Shown one piece after another: positions 26,473 to 40,090 of a stretch of 64,000 nt of DNA (position 1 is the stretch's first letter; every line of letters begins with the position of its first letter). This stretch comes from Basidiobolus meristosporus CBS 931.73 (taxonomy: Eukaryota; Fungi; Basidiobolomycota), in contig MCFE01000054.1 of assembly GCA_002104905.1 (NCBI GenBank), positions 131,627 to 195,626 of the forward strand, read 5' to 3'. The translations under genes were made by a program, and so were the position numbers. The notes below the pieces were generated by a model that was not told the DNA's origin, made no database searches, and was given only the letters and a program-made list of their open reading frames with translations.

Positions 26473-27769
26473 ATGGCTGTAGAGCAGAGAGTCAAACCAA
26501 ATCGTTGGGAACAGTTTGCACGTTTATTTCGAGGCTCAGAAAACGTTAAACCAAACCTGCGAGATCGCTGGAAAGAATTCCTTTCCCGAAAGAATACTAC
26601 GAATAGGAGAGTGTCAAGCGAAGAAGGAGGTAAGTGTGTTCGGAATGTCACGAATCCTTGAATTTGCAGTTAAGTTGGCTCTTTTAGGCTACGAGCCTCT
26701 GTTTGGTGTTTCGCTGAATGCCTCCTCGAAGTATGCAACTACTGTAGTGAATATCGGACGACACGGAAATTATGTGAACTGCTCAGTACCCACTGTCGTT
26801 GCTGAATGCGGCTCGTTCCTTAAGAATAATGGTAATGTTTGTGAGGAGATAGTCCCTGGTGCCTCCTATTGTTAACACTGGTGTCAATTGTACCAGGTAT
26901 CAGCACCACAGGGGTTTTTCGAATCAATGGTTCCGCCAAGCGTGTTCGACAACTGCAAGAGATATTTAACACCGGGCCCCTGTATGGCCGAGATACTTCA
27001 TTGGACGATTTCACTGTTCACGACGTTGCCAATTTACTTCGACGATATCTCAACTGTCTACCAGAACCGGTAATTTCGCCACATCTCTATTTTCTCTTCC
27101 GTAAAGCGTACGGTAAGTCAGACTCAATTCAGTACACTGAGGATGCACGTCACTTACATCCCACCATCTACAGACGAGAATGCAAGCAACGGAGAAATGC
27201 AAATCCTGGTATTCCAGAACCTTCTCTCTTACTTACCAAGACCAAACCAAGTACTTCTCCTGTACTTGTTAAATTTACTGGGGTATTTCGCAGAACACCA
27301 GGAAACCACCCTGATGGATGTTGGGAATCTCGCAACCATATTCCAACCCTCTATCTTAGCGCACCCCTCTCACATTCTTCAACCAATCGAGTATCGACAT
27401 TCTTCACTGGTCGTCAAAAGTTTGATAGAGCTTTCCAACCACTTGAAAATTCCGCCATATCACGATATTCCTCTACCACTGCAGCCAATTATCGAATACG
27501 ATTACAGCCAAAAAATCACCAAAGAGAGAAAAATCGAAATTTTAGGGTTGAACCCGCTACCGAGACCCCCCATAGATCAGCTATCACGCTCGCTCTCCCT
27601 AGGCAAGCGGAAGTACATCCGGAAACCAAATCTAATGAGGTCTGATTCCCAGAAATTCCTTCAGAAAATCCAGGAATCAGAAGACTCGTATCAACTCCGG
27701 ATGGTAAATGTACGACGAAGCGCAACCCTTCCAGGGAAGCAGCGCAGGTTGGGGCAGGAGCATCCATGA
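26473..27769 (+). CDS. Rho GTPase-activating protein (RhoGAP domain), multi-exon
   Basis: LFGVSL, VPTVVAECGSFL, arginine finger GVFRINGS, VHDVANLLRRYLNCLPEP and MDVGNLATIFQPSIL; three GT-AG introns, the first at 26630-26687. Confidence 0.9.
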
Positions 27770-30744
27770 TCAATGCTTGGCTGTCTTACACAAACGGTTG
27801 GATCCTAAGCCTTACAGGCGCAGGTCGAATCAGTGAGTTCATATGCATAACACTGGACACGATCTCTGGTGCATCCAGTTCCTTGTTAAATATCTGTACA
27901 GTACATGAAGTTTAATATATTCAAAAATACTTATTCATTACCGAAGCTGCTGTGAATAACCTTAAAATGGCCCCACATACGAAGTTCCATCTCGAGCAAT
28001 AGCATTGAAGAACTCCATTTCGTGCCTATGCAGATTCAGTTCATTGCACAACCATATAAATAAACCCCACGATGTCGAACGTGCACACTTTGCGCAACCA
28101 CTTGGTGTTTGTAACATCGACGACCTTCATTTGTGTTTAGCTGAATAGTATCCCCTGGGCTGCGTGCTCTAATACCTCAAGCAAGCTGAAACGGTTTGAA
28201 ACAATCTGTCTGAGCCCTGCGTACTTGGAAGTGGAACGTTCATGGGCAGTCCACCCTATAGAGGCGTCATGATGACGGCACCCCGGGCTATTCCGTTTTC
28301 ACATCGACGTCCTGGCAGGCCTGTATGCAATTGCCAACACTGGTGAGCGAAGAGCGAATACAAACAAGAATGATTCACAATCGCTTTCATGGTGATTTCC
28401 GATGATATGATGAATCATGTCTCGCTTTTTCGGTGTTTATTCTGGAGGAATAGGAGTGGTAGTTTCTACATTTAGGGCCGTATTCGTCCATAGGAGTGGT
28501 TCTGAGCTATGGGTTGACGATGGAGTGCTCAGCTAAAAAATTCCGTGGAACGTCAGGTGAGCACAGACTAAGTCATCATTTCCACAAAAGGGGTCGCTCA
28601 TACATGCATATATACATAGCGGTATCTGCGGCAAATCTCATGACACAGCCTAACTGAATGGTTTTTACCACAATGTGTTTTTCCTGAATGGTAGGCAATT
28701 CCGAGGTTATGTCCTTTGTTCAAGTATAGCAAATGGTCTTACGGGGAAGAGTTTTAAATGGGCACGCATGTTCGACTTCGAGTTGCTCTTGCATCTTGAT
28801 ATGAATGATAGAGCCCCAATACGATGATCAAATATATGTTTTGAGTGGATGATATTGGTCTTCGAGTGCCATTGTTAGTGTTGTGGTCTAGTCACTTTCA
28901 CTTTAGTCCGACGCCCATGTAACATAGGCCTAAGCTACCTCAGCAGCTTTTGCCGTTGAAATTGCTGCTGCACTGCATTGTTGTAGGTATGGTACAGGAT
29001 TATTGAGATGCTTACTCACCATTGCCCAATGGGTCAAATCAATTTTGGATATTTTGCTGGTTCACCGCTAGATTCACATTACCCTTGTGTTTCTGAGTTC
29101 TAGAGCCAACTGAGTTTCGTCCATATCTGAGCTGATTGTTCAATGCATTTAATACATTGTATATAGCAGGAAGGTAGTGACAGGCCTATTGTATCATTCT
29201 ATTCCTTTCTGCCTTGCCTCTCAATCTCCAACTGATTATCTATATCGCCAGCAACGATTTTATAGCCCACCACATGTTGTGCTGATAATCGTATTCTGTA
29301 TTGCTGGTCCTGTATTTCTAAATGCAGGAGATTCGAGGATGAGTCATTCCGCTCCATACGATATTACGTTTATAGTAAATGGGTGTAATTCTGTATCACT
29401 AAGTCGATCCAAGTCGATCCGATCTGATCCAAGGAGGCAACCGGTTTCATTTAGGAGTAGATTCAGCGTATATATACTATATCTAAAAATAGGTCTACGG
29501 TTATCCTATTGTTCGTTCCTATGTATGATTGCCGTTTTTTGGGAAAGTTTAATGTCTCCAGCAGTAGCTTACTAGCAAACCGAAGAAGCAAACAGGTCAT
29601 TCATATGGGCTAGTTACTAAATGGTTCGGATCTATAGTTGGGCTATGCATATTGAGGCGAGCTTCACATAATGAACATCGAATCGGAAAGCGATTTACGT
29701 GTAACAAAGAGTTGGGCTTGTACTATATACCGTTAAAGATGAGTTGTTTAGGATGGAAGATCAGAAACATCTACACAAAAATGACTACGCTGTCAATTGC
29801 ATACGATGTGTGAACATTCTGCTACATGCACATTGTTACTTGAGCGACAAAAGGGTCTTTTTGGATCGTACTCTAACTTCACCTGGTGTGTAGGCAATGT
29901 GCCTGGGTGTATTAGTATGCATTCGCATGTTACTGGCTATATGCATACCTCTATTTTTGCTATTAAATGGAACATGGCCAAATCAGTTTGGCCACCGCCG
30001 TTAATATTGATAACCTTACAATAGATGGATGCGTAAAAGAGGTGCCGTAAAATGAAATGGTGGTGAATTGAGGTTGAAGGCGCACTTTGCATCTGATGGT
30101 GCAGCAAGGAAAGATAACAATATGTGAAATACGTTGGTGGAGTTTGTTCATTTTCTCAAGATCTTTCCAATTCTTCAGTATTGTGGATATACTCAAAAGA
30201 TAGAAAACTATTCAAGTTGATTAAAAGACCTCGGACTTACGAGGACTTTATGCAATAAGTATCCTAATAGGACTCTGGAAAGAACGTGATGTTAAAATTT
30301 GTTTTCATTGAAAAACAGAGTAAGTGCTCTACATGTTGTTCCCTTAGCGTATTGTGAGTTGGTATTCAAGAACATGGTTGTACATCTGCGCTCATTCCAC
30401 TACAGATGGAGAGTCTATGGCCACTTGTAAGACAACAAAAGAATCAAATTGCCTGAGAAGATAGTGTAAGGATTTAGGCTCATGTTTAAGTTGCTCTACC
30501 ACTATATTTTAAGATAATCAAGTATGCAATCAATCATGTAGATATTCAACTTTTCATATCACAACTAAGCACATATATATGACATAATTTCATCTAGGAA
30601 GCTGTAAAGGATAGCTTAGTTAACTCATTTGGCTGTCTTACTGGTGAATTGATTGCAGGTACACACACAGAACCATTATCTGAAAACTATTTGAGTATCC
30701 TAGGTCACAACTTGGCCTAGTTAACCCTGAGAAAAAAATTAACA

Positions 30745-30975
30745 AAAGGACAGCAGAATACCATCATTATATCATCTGAATTCCAACTTTCCCAAAAGTG
30801 GCAACTCTCAGCATCTCAGTAACTAGCTTTACAACAGACAAGCAGTCATACTTTCAAAAGGGGACACCAGGCCAGCTAGTATTCATGCCAAATTTGGTAA
30901 TCAGCTGCTCATTACATCCACCAATAACTTGACACTGAAACACCAGCTGAATATCAGCTAAAAATCCAACAATTT
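30745..30975 (+). repeat. Family B dispersed repeat copy
   Basis: GGACAGCAGAATACCATCAT...GAAACACCAGCTGAATATCAGCTAAAAATCCAA resembles 18440-18675. Confidence 0.55.
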
Positions 30976-31129
30976 CCAACTTGGAGATCACTCACAGGGT
31001 TATCAAGAACAATCAGTTGCATGGGAGTATTATAAGCTTTGCAATTAGATCCAATTGCTTCACTAATTTAATCTCTTAGATTCTGTTGTGTAAATCTTAG
31101 AAGTTGTTCCTTGAGCTCTTGCTAGGATC

Positions 31130-31475
31130 TGTTGTAAGATTTGTGATATACCTAAGTATTCACCTGCCTAGTCACTTTGAATATTACCTGCAAGTATTAG
31201 AGAATTCTGATCAAATTTATTGCAAGTATTTACTTGGAATTTTTTAACTAATATATCAGGTACCCAGAATAGGAGAATTTGCCAAGTTGTCCGCTCAGCC
31301 TCAAACCTTACACACATGCTCCTGGGGCCTTCCTAAACATACTCTACATGTTTGTTCTGCAAACACCTTGTAACAGTATACATACAACTTTGACATTCAG
31401 TAAATCATTAAGTGAAAACCACAAAATTTACTTGCTCTCCTGGTAACTTCCAGTATCTCCCAAACTCTTACAACA
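31130..31475 (+). mobile_element. Degenerate solo LTR of the Copia family
   Basis: TGTTGTAAGATTTG...CTCTTACAACA termini; collinear with the reverse complement of the 9828 LTR. Confidence 0.8.
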
Positions 31476-31599
31476 CCAAGTACCTATGCATTAGTCAGTA
31501 AACTAGTTGTTATTGTAAGGAAAACACCAAGATTTCTAGTATATAACCCAAGTAATCAAGTTATTATGTATTGGAATTTATTAAAAACTAGAATGTATT

Positions 31600-31795
31600 G
31601 CTGCAGAGCTCTGATGATACTGGAAGTGGTTGGCTGAATATGTTGATTTTGAAGTTTTCACTTAATTGTTGAATGAATTTCTCAGCAGTAATTATGCCAT
31701 TGCATAGTCTTGCCACAACAAGCATGTAAATCATGTCTAAAAGAATACATAGAACATATGTGAAAAGTTTGGGGCTGTCTGGACAACTTTGAGGT
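31600..31795 (-). mobile_element. Highly degenerate LTR fragment
   Basis: GTTTTCACTTAAT and GTGAAAAGTTTGGGGCTGTCTGGACAACTTTGAG match LTR core segments. Boundaries approximate. Confidence 0.55.
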
Positions 31796-31964
31796 TACTC
31801 AAGTCATAAGTACCTACTATCCTGATGAAACTATTTGAACCAAGCTGCCACAGGGAGTTTAGACAGAACTCCCTCAGGTTTGTAGACAATGATCTAATTG
31901 ATAAGGCCAATTGGGTATTTAGAGGTAATGACAAAACATAAAATACCCTAAGGAAAGGCCTGCA

Positions 31965-32215
31965 GAATATTGGCATAATATCAGCTGAACTCTAATTTCC
32001 TCACATTTGACAACTCTCAATTTCTCAAGTACTAGCTGTTGGGCATTCAAGCAGGCATATTTTCTAAGAGAAGACAAGGCCACGCAGTATTCATACCAGG
32101 TTGGATAATTAGGTGCCTATTACTTGCTTCAAAAATTGCAACTTAAAATTTAAAGAGAAAATGTTGGCTGAATACCAGCAAAATATCATTATAAAGCCAG
32201 CAGAATACTAACTGA
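31965..32215 (+). repeat. Family B dispersed repeat copy
   Basis: GCAGAATATTGGCATAATATCAGCTGAAC...GACAACTCTCA...AAGAGAAGACAAGGCC resembles the other family B copies. Confidence 0.45.
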
Positions 32216-32780
32216 AAATCAGATGTGCTCCAAATTTGAGATTTTCATAAGGATAATTGGGAGAGAAAGTAGGCCACATGGCTTTTATTTGGTGACTTGT
32301 TCAAAGCAGTATTGTACTTTTATGCTGACATGATATTGGGAATACAACCATGCAAGTATTTTTGGAAAGGTGCCACATGTATATATACAGGATTTAAAGG
32401 TCTTAATACTCTGTGAATTTTCATGTTTAGGATACTTGACACTGATGGGTATATTTCAAGAACCTCCCAGCAAAAATTTTGGTCATATATACTAAGCCAT
32501 GTGAGCAGTTGACCAAGTCACTGAGTTAGACAGATGTAAAAGTGTAAACACAGAATCCACAATATACCAAATATTTTACAATTAGTGAGCATATTGACTA
32601 CATTGTGTGTTTATATACTACACTAAAACCAATGTATCAGTATTAATAATCTAGCTCCATTTACTTCAGATTTAGAGTTCTCAATGTAGGCCAACTCTTG
32701 GGACTTCTCATGGCTTGGCAGTTTTCAATATTTTCCAACTCATCCAGAAGTCCCCAAGTTTTGTCCACATTTATCCATTT

Positions 32781-33105
32781 TAAGAGTCTGGGATATATTG
32801 AAAGTGATTGGGAGGACAAGTAGATTATGTGGTTTTCACTTAATGATTTATTGAATGTAAAAGTAGTACCAAAACTTTTACATGGTACTGGCATAACAAG
32901 CACATAAGATAGGCTTAGGAAGGTCCCAAGAGCATGTGTGCAAAGTTTGGGGCCAATTGGACAGCTTTGAGACTTTTCATGTTCTGGGTACCTGATATTT
33001 TGGTGAAAATATTCTAAGTAAATCCTGACAAGGAATTTGGCCAGTATTTTCTAAGATTTGAGGGTAATGATCTAAGTGACTAAGTTAGATGAATATGTAG
33101 GTGGA
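32781..33105 (-). mobile_element. Degenerate, end-eroded LTR of the Copia family
   Basis: Collinear with the consensus LTR over ~325 bp. Confidence 0.85.
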
Positions 33106-33621
33106 CTTACATGCTTCTACAGCACTTTCTAGGATCCCCTCTGAAGCATACTTATTACCAGCTTTACAAAGTTCCTCCAAATGTGTGGTTACTTCATCTG
33201 AGCTGCGTAATCAGCAACAGAATATCTGGCAAAATCCTTGCAGTGACATGCAATGCCTCCTAGAATCTTGCAGGAGATTATGGACTGTAGGGAGTATACT
33301 AGCTAAGCACCTTGATCTCTTAGATATCTCCAAAATGTCAATGATTTCTCAGTATTCCATGAAAGTATGTTTGGAATCTATGTATACAAATAGACAAAAT
33401 ATATAGTTTTTAAGCACTTATGGTTAGTGAAATAGCTGCTATTTACAAGACCTTTGATACTATTTCACATTCATGTAAAGGCAAATCTAATGTCAAAAGT
33501 GGTGAGAGATATTGCATAGCTAGAATAGCTAGTAAATGTATTACACAGTTACTGAACTGCATAGTGGGAACTGCTGTAAGAGCTTTAGAGATGCTCAAAG
33601 TTAATGGGATAACAAGCAAAC

Positions 33622-33772
33622 TCTATGGTTTTCACTTGATAATATATTGAGTGTTGAGTGGTGCTTATACTCTTACATGATCTTGACAAGACAACCCAAA
33701 GAATATGCTTAGGAGGATTCCAGGATCATGTGTGCAAAGTATGGGGCTGTTTAGACAGCTTTGAGATATTTC
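33622..33772 (-). mobile_element. Degenerate LTR fragment
   Basis: ATGGTTTTCACTTGAT and CATGTGTGCAAAGTATGGGGCTGTTTAGACAGCTTTGAGA match the LTR core. Confidence 0.6.
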
Positions 33773-33789
33773 AAGCTTAACCAAATAAC

Positions 33790-33955
33790 AAATTTGGTAT
33801 AAAGGCTAATTGACCTAGTCTTCTCCTGGAGAATATGTCTGCTTGTCTGCTCAGCAGCTAGTACCTGAGATATTGAGAACTGTCAGTTTTGAGAAACTTG
33901 GAATCTGGCTGATATTATGTTGGCATTATGTTGGCTTTTTGTTAATTTTTTTCTT
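33790..33955 (-). repeat. Family B dispersed repeat copy
   Basis: CCTAGTCTTCTCCTGGAGAATATGTCTGCTTGTCTG resembles CCTAGTCTTCTCCTACAAAATATGTCTTGTTGTCTG at ~18210. Confidence 0.55.
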
Positions 33956-36373
33956 AGGGTTTCTACAATGCCTACTCCTGATATTACTGCAACTTTACCC
34001 TCTGCTGGAAGCTCACAGCACCAATGGGTACCCTAAACCTGATTTCTTAACTAACCAGATCTAGGATTTGTCCTCATTTGTAAGTTGTATGAAGCTTCTG
34101 ATAATTGTACTAATGGGAAAGGAAAAAATTCCAATTTATTGCAGACTTCCACCAAAAATCTAGTGCAGACCCCAAATGGTCATATAATTTATTTTACACA
34201 TTCAGACTACTGGCTTCAAGCATCCTGTTCAGACCTCAAGCGGACAATTGTAAGCTGATCCTATTGGATTTAGCTTAATAACCCCAAATCAATATTTGAC
34301 ATAAGCATCAAGGCAGCACAGCCTTATCAATGCATGGCATATGATTTGATTTACAAAGGTTAGTAGTTTATATATCATCACCAGATGCTTGATGGAAATA
34401 AATACTCAGCACATGCAAAACTCAAATAGAAGATCACAATATATCGTAGCCTTAGGGTTAACAATGTTTTGCACCTTGATTCTATTGTAGTACAAAGGAA
34501 AGCTGCAGCTATAATATGTATTCATGTACATTTGGGCAAGAGTATTAGTGACAACTGGCTCTATGCTCATTCCATCATGTCTTGTGTGGCTGGAGGCTGG
34601 TGACGATCGATATTGAGATTATCTGCGTAATCTAAAAGATCCCAAGGTTTCGATAGCACTCCTCAAGCTGCTAACAATACAGCACCCTGGCAAATCCGAT
34701 TTCGAGAATTCTCGCATGAATGGTAAAATATGGATTTTGTGGTCTTCGGCATAACGACCATACTGGAATGAGCTTACTTCATCGCTGAGTATTACACCAA
34801 GATACGGTAACCACGAAGTTGGATAACTAAACTTACTACACGATTACTCGCAATAGATGATGCAATTCAATCTAAGAGCAAACTAGCAGACATGGCATCA
34901 TATGGGAAGCGTCAAATAATCATGCCGGATGTCCCAGCATCTCAAACCGTTTGAATTGCCTACCAGATCTGCGAAATAATATGGGGAATTGCATAGATTG
35001 AATATGATATATGAAACAGCCGGAGAATATTGGCTGATACTTGACGCCCTTTTTTGCAACAGCGGTTTTCGTGCTGAACCAGAGATGGCATTCCCGTAAC
35101 CATACCCGATACGCAGAGGTCATTAGTAACAAGCTCAAGCAAGTATGGCCATCACACATCATCGGCAGAATATAGGCACCATGTTCAGGATAAGGTTGAT
35201 GTCAGGGCCCCTATGTAGAAACTTCCAGATGCCTGCCTGAGGTCACTTGGTTAGCCTCGCTGAGCCTTTCCAAGATCCCCAGGAATTACCAAAAATGTCG
35301 GGCACATTTCTATGAACTTCTTGATAAGCACTAATTACCTGCACCTTATACCATCGCCAAATGACTCCACTCGAATGTACACAGATCTGGATATTAATAA
35401 TTCATTGAACACCTACACTCTAGAGTGCCACTACAGCAGATGCAATTTCCAATTTCACCAGTGGCATATTGTATGCTTTCATATCGGTGACCAGAGCTGT
35501 TTCATGATACCCTCATGTACTCTGAAGAGGAGTAGTGTCTGCATAATCTCCATGTCCACATTATTGATGCATGCTATACCATTATAGTACTCGGCCATTG
35601 TTGATGATGAGGCTAAAGCAAGCGTTATCAGCCATCATGGTCCTTGATTTCGATTGGTGTCTGTGGAGCAAATGTATCTAATTACACGGTACACGACAGT
35701 GATCTTCTCTGCAGCCAGGTATGATGCTCTTGGTTGCGTATAGATGATCTATGTTGTGGAAATATCATGATATGGTGGAGAGGCTGTGGGTGATTCTGGA
35801 AATTTCGATCCAAGTGAAATTCTGGAATTCTACTCCGCTTTTTGGATGAGCGGTCACTCGGTGCGACGGGATTTCTATTCGGAGGTTCGAAGGTTCGAAC
35901 GTGTGCTTCTTCGGCCCTTACTACCCATGCCGGAGAAAACTGGCTTGCCCGTGCTAGGTTGTATGGGCATATATTGGCGCCAGATGATCCACAAATTGGA
36001 TCTATTCTTGTGCAGAAAAATAGAGGCAGCCTTCTACATAGGACAGGGATATTGGTGATTTCACATAGTGGCTGCCGACACAAGTAGGACATTGGAAATG
36101 AGATCATGGTGATAGCGTATTCCTCTAATTTGCCATGTACTGAATCAAAGTCAATCTCTATGTCATCATATGAGCCAAATGGAGTGAGCGAAAGGTGTGT
36201 TATCGGATTGATTGGCCATTGTTCTTATCTGATGGTGCTTTACACACGAATCATGACTGCTTCTATGGATATTTAAGTGAGCTACCGTGTATGTGCATCT
36301 GGATACTATTACCAGAGCTGCCTGTTTCACTCCCTTCGGCTACTCTTGTATGAGTATTTGACCAATTGTGACC

Positions 36374-37118
36374 ATGGCATCTATTTTTCAACGCATCAGT
36401 TCGAAATACACCAAACGCTTGCACACGCACCCCTTGTCCACTTTGGCGTTAACTAACGGGGCACTAGCAATCGTCTCGGACATCCTTGCCCAAAGTATCT
36501 CTAAGCCACCAAATCCTGCTCCCCCCGAGGAAGACAACTTTGTGAATACTGAAAGCGTCAGAGAGGAACAGAAATACAACTTTGCTCGTACTGCGCGCCT
36601 CTCTTTCTATGGCTTCGCCACTGCCCCTCTGATCAACAAATGGTATACTGTGCTAGACAAAGGGTTTCCTTTGCCTAAAGCTTCGAGTTCAGGCATGAGA
36701 AGCAACGTTGTCAAAGCAGTGGTAAAGCGTGTTGCTGCCGATCAGATTTTGTTTGCACCATTCGGGCTGGTTCTGTTCTTTACAGGGATTAGTATCATGG
36801 AGGGAGCTTCTTGGGAAGGTATCAAGGACAAGTTTGAAAAGGTGACACCGAGCTGCTCTAGGATATCGAACCTTTATTAACATGCATTTGAACTAGGCTT
36901 ATCTCCCAGGACTCATAGCCAACTACCAGTTGTGGCCTCTCGCACAGATGGTCAACTTTTTTTATGTCCCGCTGAAACTTCGAGTCCCTTTTGCCTCAAC
37001 TGTAGGGGTTTTCTGGACCGCATATCTTAGTTGGTTGAACAGCAGGAATCCCATTTCTCCTGAAAGAACAAATCGTCACCGAATAGAGGTTAAAGATCCT
37101 CTTCTTGCGAAGATCTGA
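36374..37118 (+). CDS. SYM1: Mpv17/PMP22 family protein, copy 1
   Basis: KYTKRLHTHPLSTLALTNGAL, YNFARTARLSFYG, KRVAADQILFAP and ANYQLWPLAQMVNFFYVPLKLRV; intron 36842-36896. Confidence 0.88.
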
Positions 37119-37687
37119 CTTGAGCAATAGCATCGAAAATGTACTATATTTTTTCTTACCCACCCTTTGATGTTCTCTCTACGCACCTTCCGGCCATTTT
37201 ATTCCTCTCAATACTACTACATCTCAACCTCTAATCTATTACATCTATATACATTCTGTGCGGTTGAAGAAATACTTGTTTAGCAACTAACCGAGCCATT
37301 TGAGCGTTTCCTCTTTAATAAACTTGTCAATCTAGCTAACCACTCACAAGCTTCAGTCGATCTAGCTCATCCATCACACAGCAATATTGCCATTTGTCCT
37401 GGATTCGGCGTAAATCAGAATTCTTCTGAAGCCTCTCTGTCTTACAAATATCATCGAGGGAAAACCATGTGATTAAATGCTCACTTTAGCGCCAAAGCAA
37501 TTTGACATAAAACTTGGAATAAGTAGAGCATTTCCGTGATTGGGCAAACACATTTTAGACAAATTTTTGGCATGCCCAGGTTTTTGGCCTCATAAGCCTG
37601 GAATAGCGGATGATGTTATCTGGCCCACGGTTGTTCAGCTATCTGTTAAATTCTGAACAGGCCTTTGCTTCTTCAGAGGTTCCCTTC

Positions 37688-38442
37688 ATGTCGATGTTTC
37701 AACGTGTGATATCCAGATATACCCAACGGCTTCAGAGCCATCCGTTGTCGACGCTGATGGTTACTAACGGCGCCTTGGCTGTGATATCGGATGCACTTGC
37801 ACAACAAATCTCAAAGACGCCAAATCCAGCCCCTCCAGAGAAAGATGGATTTATCAACACCGAGGCAGCAACTTCACAGAATGAATACAACTTTGCGCGT
37901 ACTGCAAGACTGTCTTTTTACGGCTTTGCCACCGCGCCACTCTTCAATGCATGGTATACCTTCCTAGACAAGAGATTTCCGATGCCCACAGGCCAAACGA
38001 CCACCGTCGGAAAATATGGCTTGAAAAACCCGGCAGTGAGAGCGCTGATTAAGCGAGTGGCAACGGACCAGATCCTCTTTGCTCCATTTGCTATCGCTCT
38101 GTTCTTCGTCTCCATCAGTCTCTTGGAAGGAGCCTCCATGGAGGGTATCAAGACCAAGTTTGAAAAGGTATATCTACGGCTATCCGGTGTTGTTCGGGCC
38201 TAGCTAACTCTGTATCTCTATCTATTTCCTAGGCATATGTTCCTGGGCTGTTGGGCAACTACCAATTGTGGCCCTTGGCACAGCTAGTCAATTTCTTCTA
38301 TGTGCCTCTCAGCCTTCGTGTACCCTTCTCTTCCACAGTGGGCATCTTCTGGAACTCATACCTGAGTTGGTTGAATAGCAAGAACCCAGTTGCGCACAGC
38401 CGCATGATCCAACGTGAAGCGGCCAGTGAAGAACCCCTTTGA
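37688..38442 (+). CDS. SYM1: Mpv17/PMP22 family protein, copy 2
   Basis: Same motifs as copy 1 (RYTQRLQSHPL, KRVATDQILFAP, GNYQLWPLAQLVNFFYVP); intron 38168-38232 at the same position (after KFEK). Confidence 0.88.
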
Positions 38443-40090
38443 AGCCGCTTGTGAGACATAACGAATCGTGTGGCTAGCAACGGTCCCAAATCGTTTTGCC
38501 TCTCAATCTTGAAATCGCATATCTTGTGATATCCCCAGCATACCTTCACACCCCCAACATGAATAGTTCATTTAGAATTAAAGCCACCTACTAATATCGA
38601 GTGTACCGTAGGTCGTGACCCATCGCTCAATGGTCGATAATCTTTGGTTCATTACTGCGATCATGTCTTGATTTGTCCACCTTCTCCTAAATGCTAAATA
38701 CATGACTGGTAGCAGTGGGCCTTGCTCGGCTCAGAAGCGCCAAATTAATGCAGTCCTCATAAACCGAAAGGCGAACACCAACAACGATTCATGATCAAAT
38801 CAGGCCCCAGAGACCACAAATCAGAGCCTAGACCGTCCAATCAAGCGACCTGATTAGCAGGTGAATTCGACAAGTCATCCAATACTCAAACCAGTGATGG
38901 AAGAACGCAAGGATCAATGATGGTGAAGCTCTTATTGCTTGGTAAGCTCAACGACGGTACAATGAAATAAGGATCCATAATCTCAGCCTTGTGGGCTGGC
39001 AGCGCTCGTAATCTGGATTGCATAGATGTGCATTTCGCGTACTGTCAGCCACGAGGCTCTCAAACAAGACCTCCTAGAGCCTGCCAGAAGTGTAATTTCG
39101 GATCAAAACAGGCGTAGCCAGGATAGCTGGAGTGCGGAGCACTGGGGGTAACATTGCTTCTCCACCATCCCAATCTCAATGCAGGTGGGTCCCCCTGAGC
39201 CAACAAGCTGGGCTCCCAAGGCTCCATCGGCCTACTAAAACCTCTAAGTCATGAATGAGCTCCCATGACCAGCCACACCGATGTTTATAAGAGATTGCAG
39301 GCCTGACATGGTGCGGTCATGATTCAAAGTGCGCCTCATCATAGGGTGGTTTGGCAATTGATGATTGCTACACTCTCGGCTTCATGTGCCACACTAAGAA
39401 TAAACCCTCGCTGGTTCTAGGTTTAGGCAAATATCTTAGGTCCGGAAAATAGATAATAGTATCTAATTGAATTGAGCTTGTACCAATCCTATCCATCACA
39501 TGACCTGCTTGAGAAACCCTTGATCTCAATAGACACTTGGCTATCGTCCTCAATGGTCGTTGCAGAATAATCATATCATGCAGATCAGAGATATCGGAGG
39601 GTCATTTGCACAAAACGTTCACAACACCCATTGGCATTATGGATCCTACATCAATCACCCGGGATATTGTGCCTACAATTGTGTTAAATTCATGGGTTTG
39701 GGTATGTTTCTGTATCAGTTTTGCCAACAGAGCCATGTGCTCTCAAACAATGGTTATTTCGATTTATTTGTATTTGATCCTGTTGAAATCCATCGCATTT
39801 ACATTGATTTTGGGATGCTTGAGCTAATACTAATTTGGTATCATGTGATCAAGAGCCTTGCTATAGACTAAGTATCGTACAGCTAAGGTAAGACTCAGAG
39901 TAGAATAGAGTGAGAACTTGGATATATTCCTTTCTGCACAAAGCCCCGCCGTCTGAATCTTTAGCTCGTTTGTGATTTTTACTTTGTACATTGGCTTGAA
40001 CTTGGCTGATTTGAGTACTCAAATACATCATTACCAAAAGGTTTACTTATCCCAAAGGTTCAAGTAAATACTTCACATTTGTCCTTCAAG

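Noticed and set aside
35682-36107. Overlapping 81-141 aa ORFs upstream of SYM1 copy 1
   Set aside because: No motifs; open frames on both strands suggest chance.
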